Assembly: GCF_001949145.1 (NCBI RefSeq)
Contig: NW_019091356.1
Coordinates: 1-64,000, forward strand
Origin: Acanthaster planci
Taxonomy: Eukaryota
DNA: 64,000 nt
Reading direction: 5' to 3'
The notes beneath the pieces were generated by a model. The model made no database searches. It saw nothing but the letters and a program-made list of their open reading frames with translations, and was not told where the DNA came from. Shown in pieces: positions 28,001-41,860 of this stretch. Every line of letters begins with the position of its first letter. Within the stretch, counting starts at the first letter, position 1. The position numbers and the translations under genes are program-made.

Positions 28001-31000
28001 TCGAGCAAACGTATAGTGTAATTCGACCACCGGTGGTACAACACTCGTAGACACATGGTATGCGCGCGTTACATGCCTCTTCAACCACTAGGGTGTCGTG
28101 ATTTGCCAAATGGACACGCGCGTCAAGCTGAAGAATGTGCGTGTGAGTGAGGTGCCACCGCAGTAATGCGTCTAATCGTATTAGTTTATAGCCGAAAACG
28201 TGTAGATGCAAAGCCTTGTCATGTAGTGAATCTGATGTCACTCCTCCCGTCATGTTCGAGCGCACGTTTAGTCGAAAACGTCTAGGCTGAGTTCGGGCGG
28301 CTTGTTCTCGTATGTTCACGAACAGCTCGATATGTTATTTGTGGGTTGGCCGCTCGAACGCCGGGAGCGTAAAACTGTTATCGCTGGTTGTAGTACTACA
28401 AGAAAAATGGCGGCGTCCTTTACGATTTTGGAGGGTTCATGCTAGGGTAACTGGCCTGAATTCTTTTCTAATTAAAAAGGAACATTCATTTCTGTGTTGT
28501 GGAAAATTGATATTGTTCATTTTGCAAAACACCCCATTGTCTCCGGCTTTGTAAGCCATCTCAAAATTTCTTACAGCGGTTTAAAAATCAAAATCTCTCG
28601 GGGTTTTCCGTGTGTTCCTGTAAAACCCTGACGAGGAGGTGGTGTGTAATCCTGTTTCGGGAACAGTGTTCCTGGGTCGTGTTCCAGCCGTTCGAGCGCG
28701 AGAACAAGCAAACTGTGTCAAGAACTGGCCGCCCGAACTCGACCCTAGATGCAAAGCCTTGTCATACAATTAATCTGGTGTCACGTAAATCAGGTTTCTG
28801 GGAAACGTTTTGATGGACGCACTGCAAGGATCAAGGGTGCGGCACAGCTTTCTACACGCAAGAGTGAAAATTCACTCTGATAAATCACTCGAAAAGAGTG
28901 AAAATCACACTAAAAGAGGAGCCGTATGAAGGACAACTCTTTTTCGAATTGTCCTTTATATGGCTCCTTGGTATACATGTATTGGAAAGTTTACTCGTTT
29001 GTAGAGGTTTTTACTCACTTTAAAGCGGTTTTTACTCTTTTTATAGAATGGTTTACACTCTGCTGGGATGTGTTTTTTTTAGGGACTAAATCTTTTCGGG
29101 AGTGAGTTTTTCACTCTTTTGCATCATGAAGACAGGATACCAGTCAGATGTACAAGCAGAGTGTGACAGCAGGACTCTGACTTTTATGGTGTACTATTTA
29201 AGACACATATTTCTGCCTCTCTCTAGCCTCTTCCAATGCAATGCAACTACAAGACGCGACGGCACGACAGCTCCCTTGCGTCGTGCGTCCCGTCGCACCG
29301 TCGTTTTCTTGTATTACGTTTGTACACACACAACTCGTTGTGCGTCGCGTCGTGCTGTCTTATGTCTTTCCTTATTGCATTTTATTCTGCCTAAACGTCA
29401 CTCCTTTCGTCGCCCGTCGCGTCGCACCGCCGCACGTCGTGTTGTATGTCGTACAGTGAGTCGCGTACTACGTCGGCCGAAGCACGACGCGACGCACGAC
29501 ACGACACGCGACACGACGCGTGCTGTCGCCCTTTGCTTCATGGTGTTTATGAAGGGCGTCTTTACTGTTTTCTTTCATTTCCGTCCACGAGTTTTCGTAG
29601 TACATACCTGATCCTGATTCTGTTGTTCTTTTTCATGCATTCTTTCTGACTTTGTGTTTTCATTATCAATGAGTTGTTAAAGAAAGGGATATTTTTGATT
29701 TATTTTTATTTTTTTAAATCAAATGTAATTAGAAAGAGCGTTGCGACCATCAATCGGCATCGTCTCCAGGAAATAAATGACATTATCGTCAGCCACAACA
29801 ATGGCTTAGCTTTTCTTGCTCTAATTCTGATCATTCTTACAATCATTTGTGAACACATTCTAAGATACAAAACATCAATCATTATTACGTGCTTGGTAAT
29901 GTGATATGGAGGTCTGACGAGAAATTATGTGAGTGGCCAAACAGAGTTGAAGAAAAGACACCGTCACAATGGTAGTAGGGTCTACAGTGTTTTATTAAAA
30001 AAACACGGACTAATATCATTGAAAGTATGGTGCTGATAAAGTAAACGGGGAAGACTACACTGAAGGAAGATTGAAGACGTAACATCCTGAGGGTAATGAT
30101 ATAGTGCAGGCTGGGTGGTAACTTCCTAAGCCCTTGGTCAAGCTTACGGTCTTACAATTGTAGGCCTACACAATTCGTCTGGAGGAGTGGGAGTACTACT
30201 TGGAAATTGCCGGGATGGACCACAGAGAAATATCTATACGTTACAAATCTACCACAAATGGGAACTTCATCAGCTGTCTTAAAAAGAAATTAGACGGAAA
30301 TTGGAACAAGGATTGGTCGGGTAGTTAAAGAGTAACGAATTCTGGGCTTACACTTATAATGTGAGAGCAACGTCCTCTTTTTTATTTTTTTTTCAATAAA
30401 ATATGGCAAAATTTAATTCAAATTGATGAATGGATGAAACAAAAACAAGAAAAAATCAAAACTTGTGGCTCCGGCATGTATTTTGCAAGCACGGGGGACG
30501 GAAATGAAGGAAAGCAGTAAAGGCGCTTTATCAACACCATGATGCAAAGTGCGACAGCACACGACGCGACGCGTTGTGCGTGTACAAACGCAATGGAAAG
30601 AAGGCGACGGTGCGACGCAATGGCACGACGCAAGGAAACCGTCTCGCGTCACGTACTTGTGTCGCCTTGAAAGAGGCTACAGAGAGGCAGAAAAGTGTGA
30701 CGTAAAATAGTACACCATTAATGTAACCCTAGCTCGCCTACGGGGCCAGCGCAGCCAATAGATCTGCAATTCTGCATGAACATGGATTTCCAACGATACC
30801 AGAGAGTTTCCGATTTTAGATATTGCTGTCTATTATACGTGAATATAATTTTGTTCACAGAATTGAATTCCTGCAATCCCTCGTCGGGGAGTTTTGATGG
30901 GTCGGGAGGGGACGATCAACAATTTCATTTTTTGTAACCTAAGCAAGTTGGATTTTAAAAATTACGATGGGATATAGTCTTGTTACATCAATTTCCATTT

Positions 31001-31851
31001 GAAAAAAAAAACAATAAGAGAACTGCTCAAACTAGAGGTAAGCTATGGTCTGACATCAAACTGTTGATGTGGATAAAGGCTTGTAAAGCTTGGATATTTG
31101 AGATTAACTTTAATCAAGACAATTCAATTTCAAAATACTGACCAATTGCTCCTTGCTCCTCCAAGTATAAAAATGGGAATCTTTGCAAACAAAATAAGAT
31201 ATTTTCAAAAATCCAAAAGGACAGGAATTACCTTTAATTAAGAAAATTGTGAAATTTTATTTTGCTTCCGTCATTATGTGATGATGCGACGCGCTTCTTA
31301 AAGTTTTTAAAATTAATTTCGATGGCGAGAATTTTGTTAGACAAAGTAATTCGGTGAGCTTGGTTGGAATTACATATCAATTTTAAAGAAAATCAAGGAA
31401 GACGTAGCAAAAGCATCAAGACATATATTTCTTCTTTGAACAGGGAAGATATGGATGTACCCCACAGGCCTCCCATGGTTGTCGTGGTTCAACAAAGGAG
31501 AAGCAGCGTGACGTAACGCCCAAATCCTTAAGTAACCAATTGATGCAGAAGACTTGCCCAAAGTTCTCACCACAAAGTCTAAACACACTCGCGGGTAGGC
31601 ATCGCGCCCCCGCTCCTCCAGAAGAAGTCGACCTTGCAGAGAGACGAAAGCGGTACTGTATTGATAGTGTAGTAGCTACTAACCAAGCTACCAAATACAA
31701 GCCACTGATACGACCGTACGATGCTGCTGGAGACAGTCATGCTAGGGGCTACTTCCAGAAACAAGGAATAAGGAAGTTTTTGCAAATCACGCTGGCTTCA
31801 GACATCCGCGGATCATTGAAACATATTCACTCTTACAAGGTAAAGCTATAA
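25072..31851 (+). CDS. SPMAP1/C17orf98-related protein with two tandem copies of the N-terminal family motif (~226 aa)
   Basis: Exon 25039-25344: acceptor ttttccatttcattgtag, ATG 25072, donor AAG|GTATGA phase 0. It joins in frame to exon 31444-31851: acceptor atttcttctttgaacag, open from its first base, stop TAA 31849-51, alternative donor AAG|GTAAAG after 31839. Repeat 1 EQEKNFKLDC..IPKYDAMTDPYARHYFKS..LLRKT. Repeat 2 ERRKRYCIDS..IRPYDAAGDSHARGYFQK..FLQIT. Both align to the neighbouring SPMAP1 exon 1. Confidence 0.75.
26055..26489 (-). mobile_element. Highly decayed LINE reverse-transcriptase fragment
   Basis: Two same-frame ORFs separated by one stop. They contain VYSCSLMDLKQVFDLV (RT motif FxDxxKAFDxV) and downstream RAFCQGDIV (GvxQGD motif). 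Confidence 0.6.
28281..28749. mobile_element. Imperfect inverted-repeat element (MITE-like)
   Basis: TCTAGGCTGAGTTCGGGCGGC (28281-28301) versus GCCGCCCGAACTCGACCCTAGA (28728-28749). Internal inverted matches TTGTTCTCG/CGAGAACAA and CGCTCGAACG/CGTTCGAGCG. A 20-bp direct repeat TAGATGCAAAGCCTTGTCAT lies at 28203 and 28746. Confidence 0.55.
28853..29125. mobile_element. Palindromic MITE with subterminal AGAGTGAAAA/TTTTCACTCT repeats (CACTA/EnSpm-like)
   Basis: Repeated AGAGTGAAAA on the left and TTTT(C)ACTC variants on the right. Central hairpin AGGAGCCGTATGAAGGACAA (28917-36) / TTGTCCTTTATATGGCTCCT (28949-68), 18/20. Confidence 0.6.
29187..30717. mobile_element. 1.53-kb non-autonomous DNA transposon with long (~300-470 bp) TIRs and TTAA-like target site (Kolobok-like)
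   Basis: The left arm 29187-~29650 (TGGTGTACTATTT..TTTCTGCCTCTCT..CGTCGCACCGTCG..TTTGTACAC..CATGGTGTT..TTCATTTCCGTCC) matches the reverse complement of ~30420-30717. Flanks are TTTA (29183-86) and TTAA (30718-21). Confidence 0.8.
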
Positions 31852-32094
31852 AGCGTAAAAAACGAAGACACGCTCTTACTAAGGTCTTTTATTCCATTTC
31901 TTTGTCTTCCCTCATTATTTTCCACTATTTAAATTGTTCAAGGGGGCAAGCACTCCTCCCCCACGCCCTGCTAGCCAACTGTGTTTTCGGCTGCACAATC
32001 ATGTCACAACATTCATCGATTTTTCCACGTAAGGCAAAACGCTGGAAGTTGCCACAGCGCCCTCAATCGTTATATTCCAGCAATGCACAGGTGT

Positions 32095-32107
32095 GTCTCC
32101 TAGCAAC
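32095..32107. promoter_or_regulatory. RFX X-box upstream of SPMAP1
   Basis: GTCTCC-T-AGCAAC, a close match to the X-box consensus, ~210 bp upstream of the ATG of a ciliary/flagellar gene. Confidence 0.65.
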
Positions 32108-32313
32108 TGATTGATAGCCGCTTTGCGTGAATAGCAGCGAATATGCAACCGGTGTTTACATTGTAACAGGTACATCGTGTTTGTACATGTACGTACCGCG
32201 TGTACATGTATTGTACGGTTTTGCTACCCAACCCAATACGAAAAGCCCGAGTTCACTGAAGAACCCTGCTTGCTTTTGAGAACAAAGTTACACTGCTTTT
32301 GAGTATCGAGAAT

Positions 32314-34748
<2,435 letters not shown>

Positions 34749-37041
34749 CACTAATGTTCATAAACGGGTGGCTTTTACTCAAGTTCACTTAATATCTTGG
34801 TTTTTTAAAACCCACACGTTCGAAGGCATTTCAATGAAATTATCGGACTCATGTGGATAATTATGACAAAAATGTCATCATAATTCATATTTTCCTTCGT
34901 TTAAGTTTTGCTGGTGCAAGCTAAGTTGTTTAGAAGTTATTGTAATCTCGAAGGCTTGTTAAACATCAGTTTGGAAGTGATGTTGCCTTGAGTATGACAA
35001 GTTTTCGGTTCAAACATTACTAATTTTTCCCCAGTGTCGTTTTTCCATCACTTAGTGCCAGGCAGACTGCAAAGGAACAATTGCGAATTTACAAATGAAC
35101 CAGAACAAGCCGTTTTGCATGCGAGTTCAGGACAAGAAGAAAGTTGTACGTACTGTATCTCTGATTCTATACAGGCTATAAAACTGGGTCAGCCATAGGG
35201 GCTGTTAATCTCCAAGGTTAAAATCTGAAAATGTACATGTGTAAAGCAAGATTTGAGCTGTGAACGAATTCTTAAGAGTTTGTCGTGTATGCTATAGTTG
35301 TAACATTTGATGAAAAGTTGTCTTATCCTAAATTCCACATGTAAATAACTTTTAATACCACACTCTACTTGAAGTTTTAATATGAAACACTGCACGAAAG
35401 ACAAGAAAAAGGACGGCATCTTTAACAATGTGCACAGGCTCAGTGTTTCTTCTCGTGCTTGCAGTTTGTTTGGTCTTATGATTTGAGTACAGGTGTCGCG
35501 ATAGGTGTGGGGGTGTGACAAGTTTGGACAGATTTGAAATTCCACGTGCCTTGTCATTGAGAGACCTCAAGCTGATAGAAGTAGAATAATTTTTTTTTAG
35601 CTTCATTGGCCGATCCAGGGGCAGTGGGGCCGTGTCTCTCTCCTGGGGGATTGCTTAGGATAAATGATAGATTGCTACTTGTTTTGGAGGGATAATTCAT
35701 TTCCCTTCCAAAGCAAGCAGAAAGCCCTTATTTCAGTCTCAGCCCTCAGAAACACAAGAAAATGCGCCCCAAGAAAAAAACCTGAAAGCTGAAACCACCC
35801 ATTCAGCAATTTTTTTAAGGAGCTGTTGAGTGCCTTACATCTTCAAATCCTATACCCTATTTATAATTATAACATGAAATAAAATAGAAGATGACCTTTT
35901 TAGTTTGAGATTTTCTGACTCAAAATATATCACAGAAAGCTTCCCTGTCTGATCTGGACTTTAAAGTATTGCAAATTATAAAGAGCACGAATGCTAAATA
36001 TGCTCTTTGCCAATAATTATGTTGAACACATACATGTACATGTATTAGTGCATTTCATTTGAGCAGGTGAGCCTGTTGAAGACCTATTTAACGATACCTC
36101 CAGGATCACATACCAAAAATACACTAAGCATCGACCTCAAAGAAAGAAAATTACGTTAGATTTTACAGTACATTTCTCTGTACAAATCGCCCAGGGCGTT
36201 TTCTCTTTAAATTCTCTCTCCTCATTTTCACCCTGTAAGATATATATGTATGTATGTCTGCACATTCATGCCTAAGTTTCAAAATATAACCGGCTCTTTT
36301 AGGGTGAAACCCTGGGAATCGCTTAAAAATTTATATGCTGTCACAAAACCAGTCACTTTCCTTCCTTCTGAATTTTGGTTCACCGTTGAGGTACATTCAT
36401 ACTACATACCACCAGTACCACCCTACATGTGTCAAGGGACAAACTCATCAATCACTTATCTTTTTTATCCCAATCTGACAACCTCATTGGTCGCTCTTAG
36501 AAGAGCAGTAGCCAACAGGCGTGTTTTTCCCCAAAGGTAATTAAACTCATCAGTTAATGTTGTCAACAAATGACACCACGCACCATAACAGATGACCACC
36601 AGTACGTTGTTGACAGAAACACTGGACACAACAAAACAATGCAGGAAAAAAATACTTTCTCAGAATGTATGTTTTGGCTCAATGCATCACCAGCCACCAA
36701 GACAATCGCGGCTTAATGTCTTGCTGGTGAGAAAGAAGGAGAGAAAAACACACAGTAAGGACGTCCGACTGCAATGATAATGCAGAGTGAAAGAACATGT
36801 GTAAAGGCGTTTTCAGAGCAGGCGCCACCATGCCGCCCATTTTTCCAAAGCCTTAACTCGTCTTTTCTTTGGGCCCTGGCATTCCCCTTTTTGTCTGAGT
36901 TTAGTGTCTTTAAAGAAGCCGTTGCGGTCGGGGTAGTGGGGGAAGGCCATGCCTCTCTGTGGTCAAAAGGGGACGATGAATACCCCCTTACGGTGAGAGG
37001 AGTTACAGATACCCGGCGGGTTACACAGAGACGAAAGCTTT

Positions 37042-37078
37042 TATAAAGCTAATCAACATGAAAAGAAGGAGTCAGATT
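37042..37078 (+). promoter_or_regulatory. Candidate Dlx core promoter (TATA + initiator)
   Basis: TATAAAG at 37042-48 and Inr-like TCAGATT with A at 37074 (TATA at about -32). It follows a GC-richer upstream region. Confidence 0.45.
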
Positions 37079-37929
37079 CGTTTACAGATACCATTGTACT
37101 TGGTGTACTTTGTGTGACTTGCTCGTGTTTTATTGCCTGAGATTGCCTGGTACAGTAGATGCTGGCTTCCAAAGAATTAAGACAGAACTGTATTGGGACA
37201 GGGTTGGAGGACATCCAGCTGAGAAGAGCAATAGACCGAGAGGACTTGACGAAGCCGGTCGACTAGATTTGCATCCAAGACGCTCTTCCCAAAGCTCTGG
37301 AGGCTTATATACAGACACAATGAAATATTAATCGAGAGGTAATAAGCTCCAGTGGATCTCTCTCAGTGGACAAGCCAATCAAACACGAGGAGATAGGACG
37401 CACACCCCGTGACCTGATACAAACATGGACAACTACATACAACGGGATGGTCGATTTTTTGTTTACCGTCATAAAGCAGGATGTTTAGGAAACATTAGGA
37501 GATATCTCGCAGATTAACTCTAACCATCTGTGGAAGTTGTGAATATTCCTTCCGCACCTGTTACGCTTCTTTATAAGGCAAATTCTAATGGATTCAACCA
37601 GACGGACCTGCTTGCATGATTTTATTCATAGTTGAAATGTTTTGTACATCCTTCATCGTGAAATAATCGTCGTGAGGTGAGGACAGTTAAAATAGATTAT
37701 TCGGTGATGAAATAGACAGGAGAACAACAATAAGATTACCTAGAACAAACTTGAAATACAAATTTTCCACCATCTAGATACGTCAACACGGGATACAAAA
37801 CTGTTAGAATGTTTAATTTTGCCATTTAAAGAAGGTTCCATTTCTACAACTAGAAGTACCCGTCGAGTCAAAGTCTTTTAAGTCTGTGGCTGCATTCAGT
37901 AACAAGCTCTAAATTCAGGTAATCCCGTC

Positions 37930-40900
37930 ATGAATTCAATTTTCGAGTGTTTCGATTCACCGAGCTCCAAATCAGCTTTCACGGAGTTCCAACAGTACCA
38001 TCAGCTTCACCATCATTTTACTGGTGGACCGCCAGCGCCTACCACCCCGATGACATGCAGTTCAACTGCGGTACCACCATCTCCGTATGCTGTTCCACCA
38101 CACCCCAGTATGCAGTGCACCCCAACGCCCAGGTCGTTCTGCGAACCAGTTACAGGCACTCCGGAGACAGCATACAACGCGACCGCCTCGTCCATGCAAC
38201 ACCCCGTCAGACATCTCGGATATTCCTTTCCCTTGAGTCCGATGGGGAGTCACAATCATCATTCAGCTTACAGCCATCACTATCACACGCCGCAAACAAG
38301 AGAAGGTATTGCACTCGTTTCGCCCTTACATCTTACTGATCTTTTTGAGAGTTGTGAACAAGCCTAGATACATTTCCAATGTTTTAAGTTTGTTAAAACG
38401 AGAACCCTAATCTGCAACACTGCAATAATAAGTACTTCGAAAAACATTTATTTGAACTTGTACGGCGAGTCTTCAAAGTTTCAAAGTCCCTAAAACTTTT
38501 GTTACTACCGAATCATTTTCACATGAATGTATGTATATGTTTTAAACACTTAACGGTATTCTTTTCTTCTTATAATTTTTGACTACGGGAGAAAGACAAA
38601 GTAAGATATATTAAACAGTCCACCAGGGATTCTTTTTGTTAGAGAACAATTACTCTTTTCAGAAACAAATAGTATTGTAAGATGTAATTTTCATCGTTCA
38701 GTTTACTTCTCCTGGTCGATATCATTTGAAAATACTGCACAACACCTAATAAAATCATTGCAGTAGTCAGCGTGGTGCCCACCCTAACCTTGGCACTAAA
38801 CTGGATATCCGTCCACACTTTTCAAAACATAGTGCTCAAAACTTGCGTGCAAAGCAGAGGGTAGTATCATAATTCCATTAACTTATTACGATTTTTCTAG
38901 AATACCCCATTCAATCGAAAGAGGCCATTTTGGATACAGATGACGATGATCAGGCCCTGCCTAAAGTCAACGGCAAGGGTAAGAAGCTAAGGAAACCACG
39001 AACCATCTACTCCAGCCTGCAACTACAAAAGCTCAATCAGAGATTTACCAAGACACAGTATCTGGCGTTACCTGAGAGAGCGGACTTAGCTGCTTCCCTT
39101 GGTCTCACTCAAACTCAGGTTAGTCTTTACATTTGGCAGTGCATTCTCAATGGTTGATAGAGACTTCGAAGAATGCCATTGTATCGTGAAACAAAGACAC
39201 TTTTTTGTTGATCTCAATGGCACCCTTAATTTCCACACAATTTTAAAGTTTTTTGTCACTGTTTCTTTTGTTGTCAACAAGTTTTAATAAACAGGTTTTT
39301 CAAATACGTTTGAGGCATAAATCACGAGTATGTTCGTTCAGTTAAGTTTATTGTATGTTCAAGTGTTACTGCCATCTTGGAAGCTCAAGTCGTAAATGCT
39401 GAATGTTGTAGAACAGTTAATCAGTTTATTAGTTTGTTTGATTACGCTATTTCATACGTGTCTAAACGTAGAGGACTCTTGACTTCAAATATCTCTGTTA
39501 CCATGAAATTATGGTGAGTCCCCAGTGCAGCTTTGAGAACAAGACCTGTAAAGTATTCCATTACCCGGCGACATGAAAAGATTGAAGAATGGAGTGGGAC
39601 AATTGTATACCGATACTTATGGTCATGAATTAAGGCACTTTGGAGAAAATTGAAAAAAATACGAATGAAGGGTGATACATGACGTGTCTTCCTAACGGTT
39701 TCCTCCGATACCACTTATGTACAGCTCGGTTACAACACAGCTACTTGACAATCGCTTGAGTTTCAATGTTGGACAAATGCTGTTAGTTTTGCACTGCAAA
39801 AATATTATTACCAAGTCCCCGACCAAGTTCTATCCATAAGGTTCATGTCACAAACATAAACAAATAACTCTCAGACCATGTTCAGACCATCTGACCACAA
39901 CCTGAACAAAAACCCAAACCCCGTTTAAAACCTGGAGTGGAGGACAAAGAGGGTGCTTAACAGAACGTAAACACAAGCAACTCCGCCCCTGGTGGGTGAA
40001 CAATTACTGTGCCACACAAGCTGTGACACTGTGCAGGAGATAGCAAGCCTACTTTTACATCAAGCAGTGTTTGTGTTTGGTAGTCAAGACTCTCAAGGGA
40101 TAACGTTAATGAGGACGAACTCGACCAGTAAGGCTCCTTAATTAGCAAAAAGGGCACAAGTTTGGGTTTACCCATTACAAACACGCTGGCAAAGAGAAGA
40201 CTGGTTAAGGATGTGCTTGGCTCAACATAAGCCAGACACATGCATAATTTATTACGATTTACTTTACTCGCATTGGTTTTACTAGAACAATGCTACAGCA
40301 TAAGTGTGAGTCCGTTTTCCATTAAAGGTTTATAGACTTTATAGAAATATGGAGAAGTTTTTCGATGTGAAATAAAAACAGGTATGTGTGTTAAAGCCAG
40401 TTTGTGTCGCAAAACACTCAACGCGGCATTTTATACCGCAACCACCCAACAAAAACTACAAGCATTACTAAAAGAAGAGCTAAAGGGTTTCCAACAGTCC
40501 TATAAAAGCATCTGGGATAACTCTTTTTTTGGATGCATAATTATACACTTGGATAACCCATTGCAAAAATCGAACTCGGAACACAGAGGTGGAGGACGAG
40601 GAAACAAGCACTACGCAAACTTGACTCCCCTTAACCAAATTAAAGAATTATAAACCAAGATGTAAATATCATTTAATTAGTTTCGCTTTCATTGAATTCC
40701 AGGTAAAAATTTGGTTTCAAAACCGACGCTCTAAGTACAAAAAGTTACTGAAGCAGCAAGGCGCAACGCCCACAAGCAGTACAGGTAGTTTGGATTCGGA
40801 ACAAGACCAATCACAGACTCCTACCCTCCCAGATACATTGAGTCCTCAAGATACCGGAACACATTCTCTTGAATCTTCCAGCCAGCCTGTCAGGGCGTCA

Positions 40901-41152
40901 TCTTGCTACAACCGACCACAAAACATCACTTCTCAATTACCAAACGGTGAGGGCAATTCCACCCATTCCAATCCAACTCCATCCTGGGATTACAGTGGGG
41001 AAGTCCTAGGTCAGGCTCTACGATCGAATCATGGTGAGAGTTTCCCTTATCAACAGCAGCAACTGGCACAACATTACCATTATTCCTGGTTTGGACAGGA
41101 TATAACTGCTGGCTTACCCCCACAGCATATAATGGCGCCAGTGCCTCAATGA
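37930..41152 (+). CDS. Dlx: Distal-less/Dlx homeobox transcription factor, 347 aa
   Basis: Exons 37930-38305, 38901-39118 and 40703-41152 (1044 nt). N-terminal [11 protein letters not shown]lx motif. Homeodomain (NGKGKK)[58 protein letters not shown] with the conserved intron. C-terminal SWD and YSWF motifs. Confidence 0.97.
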
Positions 41153-41540
41153 ACAGAACGAGACTGCACAACGATAATGTTTTATTTTGAAGTAAGACAA
41201 CTATTACATGGTTACTCGGACTTCGCTTTAACGTTTAAAGTTGTGATAATGCATATTAATGACTGTCATTTTGGTGTATGCTCCTTCACAATAAAACGTG
41301 GACTGCAAAAAAAGGATATCTTGGTAACAGGGAAAGAAAGTTGGCGTAGCCAGTCCATCTTGTCCAGAAAGTAGCAGACGAAACTAATCTTGAAAAGCAT
41401 ATTGGTATAAAGATGGTTGTTGGACTAAACTCCGTATGAAATTACTTTCTGGCAAGCTGTCATTTTGAAGAAAGCAATGAAAGAACGCCATTTCCAACAA
41501 TGCATATACATGTATAGACGCATTTTAGGAAAATTACCAT

Positions 41541-41860
41541 GGGTGCGTTCGATTAGCTTATACGTGTAAATCAAACTTACACGAGAGCGTTCGTTTAGCC
41601 ATCACGTGATCCTCGTGCCTGCCCTGGTGGCAGCCACTACTACCCCGGCGCTGGCGAGCGGGTCTCTGGAGGCTACCCGAGTGTAATGACGTCACGGACG
41701 GACTGTTCGTGCATGGACGTACACTATGGAACGTGGCGGGGACTTGACCTTTTTTCCAAGAGTGCCCTGGTGAGTACACTGTAGCGTTCGATTACCCTCA
41801 TTTCGAGGCTTCCCTTGCGTGTAACACTAGTGTATTCAGGGAAACTAATCGAACGCACCC
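41541..41860. mobile_element. PIF/Harbinger-type MITE, 320 bp, in the probable Dlx 3' UTR
   Basis: Perfect 16-bp TIRs GGGTGCGTTCGATTAG / CTAATCGAACGCACCC. 3-bp TSD CAT at 41538-40 and 41861-63. Confidence 0.9.

Noticed and set aside
29102..29649. 169-aa Arg-rich ORF and overlapping ORFs
   Set aside because: They arise from the CGTCG/CGACG low-complexity arm of the long-TIR transposon, not from a gene.
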